Assembly: GCA_977020255.1 (NCBI GenBank)
Contig: CDROCS010002070.1
Span: 1 to 64,000 of the forward strand
Direction: 5' to 3'
Source: Obrimoposthia wandeli
Taxonomy: Eukaryota
DNA: 64,000 nucleotides
This document shows positions 20,350-31,248 of this stretch, piece by piece. The notes beneath the pieces were generated by a model. It was given only the letters and a program-made list of their open reading frames with translations. It had not been told where the DNA came from and searched no databases. Made by a program: the position numbers and the translations under genes. Each line of letters begins with the position of its first letter. Within the stretch, counting starts at the first letter, position 1.

Positions 20350-21312
20350 ATGAAAAAATTTATCGCGGCAATTGCCGCGTTATTACTGTTATCAGTATTA
20401 TTGGTTATTCAGTTTTCAGATGCATTAACGGATGATGTGCTTACTGTTAACCAAAAATCGGAACTGACTGATCCGGTAATAATGGTAGAAAAACTACCTT
20501 CAAAACAAGATTCAGATATTTTGGCTATAAAATTAGAAGGTCTTAGTCGTGAGCTGATAGGGAAAGACCTAACCATTGATTTTTATTTACGTAATCATTT
20601 CGATGACATAATTCATCAGCACAAGCAGAAAGATCAATCACTTGAAGTTTTATTAACAAAGCTGTCTGCTGAATTGAACTTACATCAACAAGCAGATAAT
20701 CGATTAAATGACCTATTTGATCGCTATCGACAATACTTATTGGCAATTACTGTTCTGAAAGGTAACGCACCAGCAATTGATGGAGAGATTGATATATCTG
20801 AAAGCCAGATATGGTTGCAACACTTGTATGCACTGCAATATAAATTATTTACTGAAAGTGAAATATTGGCCTTTTTTACCAAAGAAAAAAACTATGATCA
20901 GCAAGTGCTTACTCGCTTGGCTATACGTCAAGATTTAAGCTTAAGTAAAGCACAACGAGAGATTCTTGTTGAACATCAAATTAGTCAGCTCGAACCAGAA
21001 GAGCTGGCAGCACTGAAACCAACGATCTCAGCACAAAGAATTGCTTCTTTATTAACTTATAGCGGAAACAATTACACTGATATTGATTCTGAATTAACGG
21101 TAGATCAGATAGATCGTATTAATATGACCCGAGAAAAAAATGCGTTATGGCAAGATAAAGTACAGGCTTATAGGGAGACTGTTACAGCTAATCCGCAATT
21201 AGATCAAAACGGTATTTTAGAAGACATGCGACTTTATCAGCAGCAAAAATTTAGTGACAATGAGCTGAAACGTTTACAGGTATTCTTAAAGAACCCACAA
21301 TTATCGGATTAA
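20350..21312 (+). CDS. Lipase chaperone (foldase)
   Basis: Directly follows lipase; N-terminal anchor; RNHFDD, LFDRYRQYL, LQYKLF..EI.AFF pattern. Confidence 0.7.
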   Translation: MKKFIAAIAALLLLSVLLVIQFSDALTDDVLTVNQKSELTDPVIMVEKLPSKQDSDILAIKLEGLSRELIGKDLTIDFYLRNHFDDIIHQHKQKDQSLEVLLTKLSAELNLHQQADNRLNDLFDRYRQYLLAITVLKGNAPAIDGEIDISESQIWLQHLYALQYKLFTESEILAFFTKEKNYDQQVLTRLAIRQDLSLSKAQREILVEHQISQLEPEELAALKPTISAQRIASLLTYSGNNYTDIDSELTVDQIDRINMTREKNALWQDKVQAYRETVTANPQLDQNGILEDMRLYQQQKFSDNELKRLQVFLKNPQLSD

Positions 21313-21406
21313 AAAAGATATTAGTTTGGTTTAAAACTGGGAAAATTCGGCTTAGCGCTGTTGTACTAAGCCGGAACTCAATGTGATAAAATTCCGGCTT
21401 AATGCA

Positions 21407-23044
21407 TTAGCTAATACCTAAACTATCTTTATCATTAATCTTGAAAAAAGACAGCTCGTCATTTAATTTTTTAGTTAATTCTGAAATATCTTCATTTGAA
21501 GAACTCGTTTGCTCAATTCCCTTTAAGTTTTCTTGCACAAGTAAATTAATATCTTCGAGCTGTTTCGAAATATCTTGCGTTACAGCACTCTGCTCTTCAG
21601 ATGCTGTAGCGACTAAGGCATTAACATCTGAAATACTTGATACTTTATCTGAAATTGATTTAAAGGCTTCGGTAAGTTCTTGAGAAATAGACAGTGATTC
21701 ATCTATTAGTACAACATTTTTATTCATCGACTCATCGGCCATTAACGACTGATCTTGAAGCTGGGTAATAATATTTTGAATATCAATTGTTGATTGCTGG
21801 GTTTTAGCTGCCAAGGCTCTCACTTCATCCGCAACGACAGCAAAACCTCGCCCATGCTCCCCAGCTCTGGCTGCCTCAATAGCGGCATTTAATGCTAAGA
21901 GGTTTGTTTGCCCTGAGATGTTGTTAATGACTTCAACGACTGAGCTAATTTTTTCTGAGTGGCTTCTTAAATCTTTAACAATAGTCGTAGTACTATGAAC
22001 GGAACTGCTAATTTGTTCTGCAATATCTTCAGAGCGTTTTAATGTCTCAGAGCTTATAGAGATAACTTCCATTGCCGACGTCGCCGCGGTTTCTGCCGCC
22101 GCTGCATTTTGAGCAACACTATCGGCCGTTGAAGATAGTTCAGTTGCTGCTACCGCTACTTGATCGACAAATGAAATTTCGTTCTGAGCATTGGCTTGGC
22201 TAGACCCAATAATCCCCGTTAGTTTTGATTGATTATTACCTAATCCAAGCATTAAAACATGATTATCATTCACAAAACGCTTTAACTTCCCACTAAATAA
22301 AGCAAGAGATGCGGATATTTCATCAAGCTCATTATTTGATTTTGGAATAATATTTTGACTAACTGATCCATTTGATAATTCACTAATCCAGTCAATTATA
22401 TATCTCAGGTACTGCAATTCTCTGCGCATCATGAAACTAGAGAATAAAAAGGCGGCGATACTAGAAATAATAATGACACACCAATTGAAAAATTCAGTAT
22501 CACTTAAATATTCATAACTGAAATCTAACTCACTCTTTGCGACATCCAACTGTAAATCAATTAAATCAGAGAGTTCTTCGCCTAAACTATCAATTAATCG
22601 ATAGAGTTCTATTATCAGTTCAGCATTTGGTATTTCCCCACGTTGATGCAGAGAAAACAGTCTTGGTAAGTTAGTCTCTAGAGATATAATCTTATTATCG
22701 AGTATTACGGCGAGATCTTTTTCATTTGAAGTAAGTTGAGTTTCAAGGTATTCATTATAAATATTACGTGCAATTTCTAGCGATGAATTAGCATTTTTAT
22801 AAAAATCGTCAACTTCTAATATGCCCAAATGAAATTTATTAGCTGAATCAATAATTTGAACAGCATATAAATCAGAAACCGATTTTAGTGAAGAAAGAGG
22901 AATTACTCGATCTACATAAACATGATTAAAAGAGTTCATGATCTTTGCTGATGAAGATAAAGAATTAACTTGAACAAGAACAAGAATAAGACTAAAAAAT
23001 AAAGGCACACTAAGTAATTTCATTGAAATACTTTTCATTATCAC
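21407..23044 (-). CDS. Methyl-accepting chemotaxis protein with four-helix-bundle sensor
   Basis: [37 protein letters not shown]; two TM segments. Confidence 0.93.
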   Translation of the reverse strand: MIMKSISMKLLSVPLFFSLILVLVQVNSLSSSAKIMNSFNHVYVDRVIPLSSLKSVSDLYAVQIIDSANKFHLGILEVDDFYKNANSSLEIARNIYNEYLETQLTSNEKDLAVILDNKIISLETNLPRLFSLHQRGEIPNAELIIELYRLIDSLGEELSDLIDLQLDVAKSELDFSYEYLSDTEFFNWCVIIISSIAAFLFSSFMMRRELQYLRYIIDWISELSNGSVSQNIIPKSNNELDEISASLALFSGKLKRFVNDNHVLMLGLGNNQSKLTGIIGSSQANAQNEISFVDQVAVAATELSSTADSVAQNAAAAETAATSAMEVISISSETLKRSEDIAEQISSSVHSTTTIVKDLRSHSEKISSVVEVINNISGQTNLLALNAAIEAARAGEHGRGFAVVADEVRALAAKTQQSTIDIQNIITQLQDQSLMADESMNKNVVLIDESLSISQELTEAFKSISDKVSSISDVNALVATASEEQSAVTQDISKQLEDINLLVQENLKGIEQTSSSNEDISELTKKLNDELSFFKINDKDSLGIS

Positions 23045-23386
23045 TCCATAAATAATTGGGATACGAGTTGTTATATAATCGCCTCGCCTTAATCATCGGT
23101 TCATTTTTAGTCTATCCCATCTCATTAACAAAAATGAATCAAGTTATCTTCATTTGACAAAAACACTCAATACTGGCTAGTTATTTGGCCCGTTATATTA
23201 AATTTTTATTCCTTTAGATATATGCTAAACAATATAATTTGAATTTATTAGATTTTAAGCTCTAATTATTCTGCATATTTTTACTGCTTAGTGACCTGAA
23301 TATGCTTGTATGTGGATATGAAGTGGTAGAGTAAACTTAGCGAGTAGAAATGTTCTCTATTCATAATTATACAGCGCAAGGAAGTT

Positions 23387-24283
23387 TTGATGAATGTAGA
23401 CGTTATACTCGTAAATGCATTTACAGCGAATGGTACAGGTGGCAATCCAGCAGGGGTCGTGCTTAATGCTGACAAGTTATCTGATGCGCAAAAGCTAAGT
23501 ATTGCGCAAGCGGTGGGTTATTCTGAAACTGCTTTTGTATCGAGTGATGAGGAAGTCGATTTTGAAGTTTCCTTCTTTACGACGACAGGTGAAGTTGATT
23601 TCTGTGGTCATGCAACATTAGCCACATTTTCAATCATGCATCAAATGGGGATACTTGCTACTGGTCATTATGTTCAGAGGACAAAGGCTGGGCTGCTGCC
23701 GATTGCGATTGCATCAAACAGCCAAGTCATCATGGACCAACAGTTACCTAAAATGCTCGGTGGTTTTTGTTACCAAGATATCGCAGCTGTCATTGGTATT
23801 GAATGCTCAATTCTAGCAAGTACGAAATTACCCATTGAAGCCATATCAACGGGATTAGCTGATCTTATTATTCCAGTGCCGATAGGGCACCTAGATTTAA
23901 TCGAACCCAACTGCGACATAATTGCTGATTTCTGCAAACAACATGACCTTGTTGGTTTTCATATTTTTGAACTTTGTCCATCAGACAGCGAATTCACCGC
24001 AAGTTGTCGTAACTTCGCACCGTTATTTGGTATCCCTGAGGAATCGGCCACTGGCAGTTCAAGTGGTGCTTTAGCGTGTTATCTCGCAAAGTATGTTCCT
24101 TTAGGCAGTGACAATAAAAATCACAATCACTATGTTTTTGAGCAAGGCAGGGCGATGAATTGTACATCGATTATCACAGCATCTGTCGAGTCAAACGATT
24201 CAACAATAACGCGTGTTAAAGTCGGCGGTTTAGCGAGTGAAATTGGTACTGTGTCAATAAACCCCTTGAACTCTCTCAACTAA
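23387..24283 (+). CDS. PhzF-family isomerase
   Basis: NAFT..GGNPAGVV, SETAF, EVDFCGHAT, EESATGS. Confidence 0.92.
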   Translation: MMNVDVILVNAFTANGTGGNPAGVVLNADKLSDAQKLSIAQAVGYSETAFVSSDEEVDFEVSFFTTTGEVDFCGHATLATFSIMHQMGILATGHYVQRTKAGLLPIAIASNSQVIMDQQLPKMLGGFCYQDIAAVIGIECSILASTKLPIEAISTGLADLIIPVPIGHLDLIEPNCDIIADFCKQHDLVGFHIFELCPSDSEFTASCRNFAPLFGIPEESATGSSSGALACYLAKYVPLGSDNKNHNHYVFEQGRAMNCTSIITASVESNDSTITRVKVGGLASEIGTVSINPLNSLN

Positions 24284-25159
24284 AAAGTCCACCGCAGCCT
24301 TTATCTTAGGCACTTGATAACGCTGTTTCTGATACAACAAAAACACCCCTAAATTTGCCCGCTGCGTTATATCAATGCTTGGCGTAATAGTAAGCTCTGT
24401 CAGTTCACCCGATTCAATATACGGTTTTAACGCCCAGCGTGGCATCAGCAAAATCCCTAATCCCGCGACGGCTTTCTCTACTAGCCATTTGCCATTGTTA
24501 CTGATGAGTACCGGCTCTGCAGAAACATCTTGCCACTGTGTATCTATTTCACAGATCCAAGGGGTAGGGCCATTCGGGGCTTTAAAATACAAGCCTTTGT
24601 GTTGCTTTAACTCCATAGCATTAACGGGCACACCATAGGTTGCTAAATAACTGGGCGCGGCGACGGCGATGAAATTGTTATCCATTAACTTGATAGCCAA
24701 TACGCGTTCATCGGGTGCATAGCCACCACGAATAGCCAGATCAACTTCATCACGCCCTAATGTCGATAAGTCATCACTCAGGCTTATATTCAAGGTGATC
24801 TGCGGGTATAACTCTCTAAATTCGTCTAACAGCGGTAATAATATGCGCTCACCAAACCCCACCATCGAGCTGATATTCAATACGCCCATGGGGGTCGATT
24901 GATAGTTTCTTACTGTCTCATCACTGTGTGCTAATAAAGACAGTACTTCGCTGACTTGCTGATAATAGATTTGACCGATTTCAGTTAAGCTCACCGCTCT
25001 TGTCGTACGTTTTAATAATGTAGCGCCAAGGCTTTTCTCTAGGTCTGCAACCCTGCGCGACAGCGATGAAGGCGGCACCGAAAACAACTCAGCGGCTTTA
25101 CTAAAACTGCCATGTTCTACCACTTTTACAAAATACTTTAATGCTCTTAATTGATCCAT
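24254..25159 (-). CDS. LysR-family regulator
   Basis: N-terminal HTH FVKVVEHGSFSKAAE..SSLSRRVADLE..LLKRTTR. Confidence 0.95.
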   Translation of the reverse strand: MDQLRALKYFVKVVEHGSFSKAAELFSVPPSSLSRRVADLEKSLGATLLKRTTRAVSLTEIGQIYYQQVSEVLSLLAHSDETVRNYQSTPMGVLNISSMVGFGERILLPLLDEFRELYPQITLNISLSDDLSTLGRDEVDLAIRGGYAPDERVLAIKLMDNNFIAVAAPSYLATYGVPVNAMELKQHKGLYFKAPNGPTPWICEIDTQWQDVSAEPVLISNNGKWLVEKAVAGLGILLMPRWALKPYIESGELTELTITPSIDITQRANLGVFLLYQKQRYQVPKIKAAVDFLVERVQGVY

Positions 25160-25178
25160 GATTCACTCTCATCGCTAT

Positions 25179-25197
25179 TATTGTCTTTAAGACAATA
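25179..25197. promoter_or_regulatory. Probable LysR recognition site in the divergent promoter
   Basis: TATTGTCT-T-TAAGACAATA dyad; a second AAGACAATA half-site lies about 45 nt downstream. Confidence 0.6.
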
Positions 25198-25297
25198 AAC
25201 ATTCGCTAATTAGTCTCTATATCTTACATTAAAATAAGACAATAATGAGGCATAGTTAATTATCTTTCAGACATTATCATTCACAGGAAGCAAGCAC

Positions 25298-26296
25298 ATG
25301 ACAACATATACAGCGATCAATCTTATTAAACGTCCAACTGGCGGTCCAATCAATGCAGATCTATTTGAAGTAGTGCAAAAACCAATGCCGACTGTGGGCG
25401 AGGGCGAGTTTTTAGTTAAGCAAAGTCATATGTCACTTGATCCTGCTATGTTTGGTTGGATGAGCCCTGATACCAACAGCTACATTCCACCAGTAGGCTT
25501 AGGTGATGTGATGCGTAGTTCTGGCATCGGTGAAATTGTCGAAAGTAACCACCCAGATTTTAACGTGGGCGACCGCATGATGGGTATGATGGGTTGGCAG
25601 GAATACTTCCTAAGTAACGGCCAAGGCTTGAATAAAGTAACTGCGCCATTACCAGATGAAGCAATATTATCTGTGTTTGCTTTACCTGGATTAACCGCGA
25701 CTCAAGGTCTATTTAATGTAGGTAAACCGAAGAAGGGCGAAACTATTATTGTCACGGGCGCTGCGGGTTCGGTTGGCTCTATTGTTGGTCAGTTAGCAAA
25801 AGCGGATGGCTTGAAAGTAATTGGTGTTGTTGGCAGTGACGAAAAAGCCGATTGGATTGTTAACGAATTAGGTTTTGATGCTGCAATCAATTACAAGAGT
25901 GACGATTTAGACGCACAACTTGCAGAGCATGCTGCTGATGGTATTGATTTGTATTTTGAAAATACCGGTGGTGCGATCCAGAGTTTAATTGTTGATCGTA
26001 TGAATCCACATGGCCGTGTGATGGTATGTGGTCTGATCGCGGATTACGCAAACGAAGTACCAACACCTGGTCCAAGCTGGTTGAACGTGATTAAACGTCG
26101 CCTGACTATTCAAGGTTTCACTATGCCGGATCATTTCCATGAAGTACCTGCATTGCTTGAAAAACTAACGCCTTATGTAATGGCTGGTAAAATCAAACAC
26201 AGATCGCATGTATTAGAAGGCTTAGAATCATCTATTGGTGGTTTAAACTTATTCTTTACCGGTGAGAACAAAGGTAAGTTGATTGTAAAACTTTAA
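25298..26296 (+). CDS. NADP-dependent alkenal/prostaglandin reductase-like MDR oxidoreductase
   Basis: SLDPAM, GLTATQGL, VTGAAGSVGSIVGQLAK, YFENTGG, GKLIVKL. Confidence 0.9.
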   Translation: MTTYTAINLIKRPTGGPINADLFEVVQKPMPTVGEGEFLVKQSHMSLDPAMFGWMSPDTNSYIPPVGLGDVMRSSGIGEIVESNHPDFNVGDRMMGMMGWQEYFLSNGQGLNKVTAPLPDEAILSVFALPGLTATQGLFNVGKPKKGETIIVTGAAGSVGSIVGQLAKADGLKVIGVVGSDEKADWIVNELGFDAAINYKSDDLDAQLAEHAADGIDLYFENTGGAIQSLIVDRMNPHGRVMVCGLIADYANEVPTPGPSWLNVIKRRLTIQGFTMPDHFHEVPALLEKLTPYVMAGKIKHRSHVLEGLESSIGGLNLFFTGENKGKLIVKL

Positions 26297-26370
26297 TTAC
26301 CAATGTAGTGACTGCTTTATGAAGTAAGTGGCTAATCGTCACTTACTTTTTGCTTTATTAAACGAGATTG

Positions 26371-26414
26371 AATTTAACATGGGTCAATTTAACATGAGTC
26401 AATTTAACATGAGT
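26371..26414 (+). repeat. Three tandem 15-bp repeats, each with an in-frame ATG
   Basis: AATTTAACATGGGTC AATTTAACATGAGTC AATTTAACATGAGT. Confidence 0.9.
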
Positions 26415-27053
26415 AAATTACAAATCGATATTGTGTCTGATGTGATGTGTCCTTGGTGCATTGTCGGATACAAAGGCTTAGAGTCGGCGCTTGAACAACT
26501 TGCGCCGGGTATTGAAGCGACAATCAACTGGCTTCCTTTTGAATTGAATCCGCAGATGCCGAGTGCAGGTCAAGACATGCAAGAACACTTGGTTGAGAAG
26601 TACGGTATCAGCGAGCAACAAAGTGTGCAGAACAGAGAGATGATTAGCCAACGCGGTAAAGATGTTGGTTTTGATTTTAACTTTGCCCCAAATATGCGCA
26701 TGATCAACAGCTTTGATTTACACCGATTATTAGCGTGGGCTAACGAGCAGGGCAAGCAACATGCATTGCAAATGGCCTTGTTTAGTGCGCACTTTACTGA
26801 CAATGTATCTTTGAGTGATGATGCAACACTTATCAAGGTTGTTGATTCAGTTGGTCTTGATGTTGTAGTCGCTAAAAGCATCCTCGAGTCTGATGAGTAT
26901 GCTGCGCAAGTACGCGCAGAGCAAAAGCTGAGTATGGACAAGGGCATAAGTTCGGTGCCGACTTTCATTATTAATAATCAGTATTCTATTGCTGGTGGCC
27001 AAACTGCAGATACTTTTAAGCAGGTTTTAACGGAAATCACGCAGGAAGCATAA
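26409..27053 (+). CDS. DsbA/FrnE-family oxidoreductase
   Basis: IDIVSDVMCPWC, PFELNP, GISSVPTF; start could also be 26379 or 26394. Confidence 0.88.
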   Translation: MSKLQIDIVSDVMCPWCIVGYKGLESALEQLAPGIEATINWLPFELNPQMPSAGQDMQEHLVEKYGISEQQSVQNREMISQRGKDVGFDFNFAPNMRMINSFDLHRLLAWANEQGKQHALQMALFSAHFTDNVSLSDDATLIKVVDSVGLDVVVAKSILESDEYAAQVRAEQKLSMDKGISSVPTFIINNQYSIAGGQTADTFKQVLTEITQEA

Positions 27054-27066
27054 AAGCAGCCCGTGA

Positions 27067-27092
27067 GCAGGTAGTTATTGTTAACTGCCTGC
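27067..27092. terminator. Hairpin between convergent genes
   Basis: GCAGGTAGTTA-TTGT-TAACTGCCTGC. Confidence 0.55.
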
Positions 27093-27102
27093 CCGTTTAG
27101 AC

Positions 27103-27924
27103 CTAAGTATCTTTGATTTTTTTACTTTGTTTTTTCATTATGTACATCGCTTTGTCCGACCGTGCTAAAGCGTCATTGAACGTATCTTTTGACGCTCGTT
27201 CAACACCATACGAAAAATAAATAGCTTCATTGTCTAATAACACATTCAGTTGATTAATGTATGCATCGGCTCGTTCAGGTTCTACTGTAACGACAAATTC
27301 ATCACCACCCACTCTAAATGCCATTTCATTTTCTAAACAAGCTTGTTTCAATACCTGAGAGAAACGAATAAGCATGAGATCTCCTACTGGATGACCTTTT
27401 TTATCGTTGATAGACTTTAAGCCGTTTAGGTCAAAATAAATGAGTTCAAAAAATGCTAGACGAATTTCGGGAAATTTCTTACGGTTATACAGGCCTGTTA
27501 ACTCATCTTTGGTGGTTTGTGTGACGAGATGTTGAGTCATTCGAGTAATACCGATGGCGATGAGTATCACCGACACAAGCAGCGAACCATCATCGAAAAT
27601 AGTATCCATGGTTTCAAAACTGTCAGCGTAAATTTCAATGGCAGGGATTTCTGTTATTAAATCGTAAATTTTATTAAACAGTAACGATAAAGCGCCGAGC
27701 CATAAATAAATGTAGGACTTGATGACTTGAAATGCAGTGAGGTAGATGTAACACAGCACAACAAACGTGCAGCTTTCAAAATATAGATCGGCTAGTGAGT
27801 GAAAGCCACAAGGTTGATACAAATTAATCAGGGTTAATAAGCACAACAATATAATGGAGGAAATAATAAAGGGCGATTTTTTATAAAATTCGTTATAAAT
27901 ATTATTAAACATAGGGAAAGCCAA
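27103..27924 (-). CDS. Membrane-bound diguanylate cyclase (GGDEF)
   Basis: DELTGLYNR, DLNGLKSIND..GH..GD, FRVGGDEF; no RxxD I-site; several N-terminal TM helices. Confidence 0.9.
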   Translation of the reverse strand: MAFPMFNNIYNEFYKKSPFIISSIILLCLLTLINLYQPCGFHSLADLYFESCTFVVLCYIYLTAFQVIKSYIYLWLGALSLLFNKIYDLITEIPAIEIYADSFETMDTIFDDGSLLVSVILIAIGITRMTQHLVTQTTKDELTGLYNRKKFPEIRLAFFELIYFDLNGLKSINDKKGHPVGDLMLIRFSQVLKQACLENEMAFRVGGDEFVVTVEPERADAYINQLNVLLDNEAIYFSYGVERASKDTFNDALARSDKAMYIMKKQSKKIKDT

Positions 27925-28170
27925 TTCACAATATGGGAATTAGCTTATCACATAGGTATCGAAAGGTACTCTGAATGCCAGTATTTACGCGTTGATATTT
28001 CATTTTATATCAATTCATTCGACTTAGTATTCGTATTTATTATTATCCTGTAAATCATAATTTATTTAGTATGTATTACGAAAATAGAGTTCAAACCCTA
28101 GTTTATTGTCAATCTATTCCAGCATAGTTACATCGTTAGGATTAGCGTTTCGCTTTAGCATCTGAATCAC

Positions 28171-28218
28171 TGCACTATTTTGGTGTAACGCGATAATAAA
28201 TTGCACTAATTTGGTTAT
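28171..28218. promoter_or_regulatory. Two NtrC enhancer sites
   Basis: TGCACTATTTTGGTGTA (28171) and TGCACTAATTTGGTTAT (28202) versus consensus TGCACC-N5-GGTGCA. Confidence 0.75.
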
Positions 28219-28280
28219 ATTAACTCTTCAACACTGTTTGTTTTCAAGGTAAGCCTTTGAATTTTAGTTGTTATATTTGT

Positions 28281-28296
28281 TGGCACAGAGATTGAA
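28281..28296 (+). promoter_or_regulatory. Sigma54 promoter of glnK-amtB
   Basis: TGGCAC-AGAGA-TTGAA (the -12 is GA rather than GC), downstream of the NtrC sites. Confidence 0.65.
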
Positions 28297-28343
28297 TTAA
28301 CTTTAAACATATAAATGTTAAAAGTTGATACTTGAGGATCTCT

Positions 28344-28682
28344 ATGAAATTAATAAGCGCAATTATTAAACCATTTAAACTCGATGATGTTCGTAAAGCA
28401 GTCGCCGATATCGGAGTGGAAGGATTAACAGCGACTGAGGTTAAAGGTTTAGGTCGCCAAAAAGGTCACACCGAGCTATATCGTGGCGCTGAATACCAAG
28501 TTGATTTCTTACCAAAAGTGAAATTAGAGATCGCAACTCAAAGTGACAATGTTGAACAAGTCATTGAAGCGATCAAAAATGCGGCTTACACAGGGAAAAT
28601 TGGTGACGGTAAGATCTTTGTTTACGACTTATTACAGGTAGTGCGTATCCGTACCGGTGAAATGGATTCAGAAGCGATTTAA
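28344..28682 (+). CDS. glnK: PII nitrogen regulatory protein GlnK
   Basis: IIKPFKLDDV, GRQKGHTELYRGAEY, GKIGDGKIF; directly upstream of amt. Confidence 0.95.
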   Translation: MKLISAIIKPFKLDDVRKAVADIGVEGLTATEVKGLGRQKGHTELYRGAEYQVDFLPKVKLEIATQSDNVEQVIEAIKNAAYTGKIGDGKIFVYDLLQVVRIRTGEMDSEAI

Positions 28683-28696
28683 AGGGAATTATATAT

Positions 28697-29929
28697 ATGC
28701 AAGAATTAACAACGACAGTGACGGAGCTGCGCTTTGCACTCGATACGTTTTACTTTTTAATGTCTGGTGTGCTGGTGATGTGGATGGCGGCAGGTTTTGC
28801 CATGCTAGAAGCAGGCTTGGTTCGCTCTAAGAATACCACCGAAATTTTGACTAAGAACATCGTGCTCTATTCAATTGCATGCATCATGTTCTTACTCGTA
28901 GGTTATAACATTATGTACGTCGATAATGTTGAGGGCGGTATTATCCCGTCATTTGGTTCGTTAATTGGAACACAGGCTGAAGGCGCTGACCATTCACTTG
29001 AATCAGACTTCTTTTTCCAAGTTGTATTTGTAGCAACTGCAATGTCTATCGTGTCTGGTGCTGTGGCTGAGCGCATGAAGTTATGGGCCTTCCTTGCTTT
29101 TGCTGTCGTACTCACCGCGGTTATTTATCCGGTTGAAGGCTATTGGACTTGGGGCGGTGGTTTCTTATCTGAAGCGGGTTTCTCTGATTTTGCTGGTTCT
29201 GGTATTGTTCACATGGCGGGTGCATCGGCTGCATTAGCGGGTGTGTTATTACTCGGTGCACGTAAGGGTAAATACGGTAAGAATGGTGAGGTACACCCAA
29301 TTCCGGGTTCAAATATGCCACTCGCGACATTAGGTACATTTATTCTATGGATGGGTTGGTTTGGTTTTAACGGTGGTTCACAGTTATTAATTTCTGATGC
29401 CGAAAATGCAACGGCTGTTGGTCTTATCTTCCTGAATACCAATGCTGCGGCAGCGGGTGGTGCGGTTTCTGCGTTGATTGTGACTAAGTTCATGTGGGGT
29501 AAAGTAGATTTAACCATGGTACTTAATGGTGCATTAGCGGGTCTTGTTACTATTACTGCTGACCCTCTGAGTCCAGCGCCAGCATTTGCAACATTACTAG
29601 GCGCTTTAGGCGGAGTATTAGTTGTGATGAGTATTGTGGCCCTGGATAAAGTGAAGATTGATGATCCAGTTGGTGCTATCTCTGTACACGGTGTGTGTGG
29701 GTTATTTGGTTTAATGGTTGTTCCATTTAGTAATGGCGAGGCAACATTCTCTGCTCAATTATTTGGTGCTGCGATTATCTTTGCTTGGGTGTTTGGCGCA
29801 AGTATCCTTGTATGGACAGTGCTTAAAGCAACCATGGGTATTCGAGTGACTGAAGAAGATGAAATGATCGGTATGGATATGGCTGATTGTGGTATTGATG
29901 CTTACCCTGAGTTTATTACGACTAAATAA
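28697..29929 (+). CDS. amtB: Ammonium transporter
   Basis: DFAGSGIVH, WMGWFGFNGGS, NGALAGLV, DDPVGAISVHG. Confidence 0.97.
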   Translation: MQELTTTVTELRFALDTFYFLMSGVLVMWMAAGFAMLEAGLVRSKNTTEILTKNIVLYSIACIMFLLVGYNIMYVDNVEGGIIPSFGSLIGTQAEGADHSLESDFFFQVVFVATAMSIVSGAVAERMKLWAFLAFAVVLTAVIYPVEGYWTWGGGFLSEAGFSDFAGSGIVHMAGASAALAGVLLLGARKGKYGKNGEVHPIPGSNMPLATLGTFILWMGWFGFNGGSQLLISDAENATAVGLIFLNTNAAAAGGAVSALIVTKFMWGKVDLTMVLNGALAGLVTITADPLSPAPAFATLLGALGGVLVVMSIVALDKVKIDDPVGAISVHGVCGLFGLMVVPFSNGEATFSAQLFGAAIIFAWVFGASILVWTVLKATMGIRVTEEDEMIGMDMADCGIDAYPEFITTK

Positions 29930-29948
29930 ATCGATGTAATACTTGGAC

Positions 29949-29980
29949 AAGAAAGCTCAGCATTTGCTGGGCTTTCTTTT
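29949..29980 (+). terminator. Intrinsic terminator of glnK-amtB
   Basis: AAGAAAGCTCAGC..GCTGGGCTTTCTTTT. Confidence 0.8.
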
Positions 29981-30076
29981 TATTAGAAATCATTTATAAG
30001 AAATAATTCATAAGAAATAATTTATAATAATCGCTTTTATTAAGTAGATATAACAATAACTTATTATATCTCTTGT

Positions 30077-30838
30077 TTATAAGTTTTGTGTGTCACAGAG
30101 TAATTCGGCATAACGTACCATCGGAATATTCATTTCCGCTTGCAACAATGTCCCTTTCGCCAGCAATGCTTCTCTGCTTATCAACGGAATGTCGTTTTTG
30201 AATGCGAGTATAATCGTGTTGCCACCTTTTACGTCGAGACTAAGAAGTTGGTTGTCAAATTCCAGCGCCAGTAATTCATCTAACGCTTCTCGTAATTCAG
30301 GCGTCGTATTGCAGATATTGAGGACCAGGACACCCTGTTGGTTGAGTGCATTATTACAATCACGTAAGTAGGTTGCCTGTACTTGCTTCGGTTCCATGCC
30401 TTGTGAATTGTATAGATCTGAAAAGATAATATCGCTTTTTATGTCGGTATTTTTCATGTAATTCACCGCATCATCGATATGAATGCTGAGGCGTTCTGTG
30501 TCGGGTAAGTAAAAATATTCTTTTGCGGCTGTCGCCACTGCTTCGCGGTATTCAATTGCGTGCACGTTCAAGGTTGCAAAACTACTGAGCAAGTTCTTTG
30601 CCATTGAGCCCGCGCCCAGCCCCATGACGGTAGCCGTTTTGACTGTGGGGATAAAAAATAAACCCGCCATCATCGCTTGGGTATAACCAAGATGTAAGCC
30701 ATTAATGTTATTTAGTTTCATGCAACTTTGATAGATCTTGCCATCAAAACTGAGGATCCGACTGTTCTTGGTTTCGTAAACATAAACTGGGCCGTGTTCA
30801 TCTTCTGTTGATGAGATGCAGGTTCCTTTAATATCCAT
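30077..30838 (-). CDS. Spermidine synthase-like SAM-dependent methyltransferase
   Basis: VMGLGAGSM, AIEYR..V...AKEYF, IDDA, DIIFSDLY. Confidence 0.8.
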   Translation of the reverse strand: MDIKGTCISSTEDEHGPVYVYETKNSRILSFDGKIYQSCMKLNNINGLHLGYTQAMMAGLFFIPTVKTATVMGLGAGSMAKNLLSSFATLNVHAIEYREAVATAAKEYFYLPDTERLSIHIDDAVNYMKNTDIKSDIIFSDLYNSQGMEPKQVQATYLRDCNNALNQQGVLVLNICNTTPELREALDELLALEFDNQLLSLDVKGGNTIILAFKNDIPLISREALLAKGTLLQAEMNIPMVRYAELLCDTQNL

Positions 30839-31061
30839 GGTCTTTTTAATATCTCTTCAATACGTGAATATAACTGATAGGTCATTATAACGGAAAACGA
30901 GGTAATAGAAGTAATATCGCCATATTTCAATGAATTTAGCTCGAAGGGTGAAGATTAGGTGTTATTTTGTGAGGTGTGTAAAGAGTTGGTGACTTTAAAA
31001 GGCATGAATATAAATGAGTACCTACAATATGTCTATGTAACTCTAATGGGATAGGAATATC

Positions 31062-31163
31062 ATGAGAAAATTGTTATTAAACATATTTAAGAAAAAACGA
31101 CAATCAGTGTGTTTAAATGAAAGACTGAAATATGCCATGATTGAAAACCCAAAGAGGTCATAA
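31062..31163 (+). CDS. Candidate 33-aa basic small protein
   Basis: AGGA 7 nt before ATG; MRKLLLNIFKKKRQSVCLNERLKYAMIENPKRS*; fills an otherwise empty intergenic gap. Confidence 0.35.
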   Translation: MRKLLLNIFKKKRQSVCLNERLKYAMIENPKRS

Positions 31164-31248
31164 CCACTATTAACCGGCACGATTCACTTTTATTATTAAT
31201 TGGCATTACTCACCTTAACGGTGACAGCATTACCGACTGTCACAGCGA

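Noticed and set aside
29996-30031. ATAAGAAATAATT tandem repeat after the amtB terminator
   Set aside because: Short AT-rich duplication with no functional context; likely slippage
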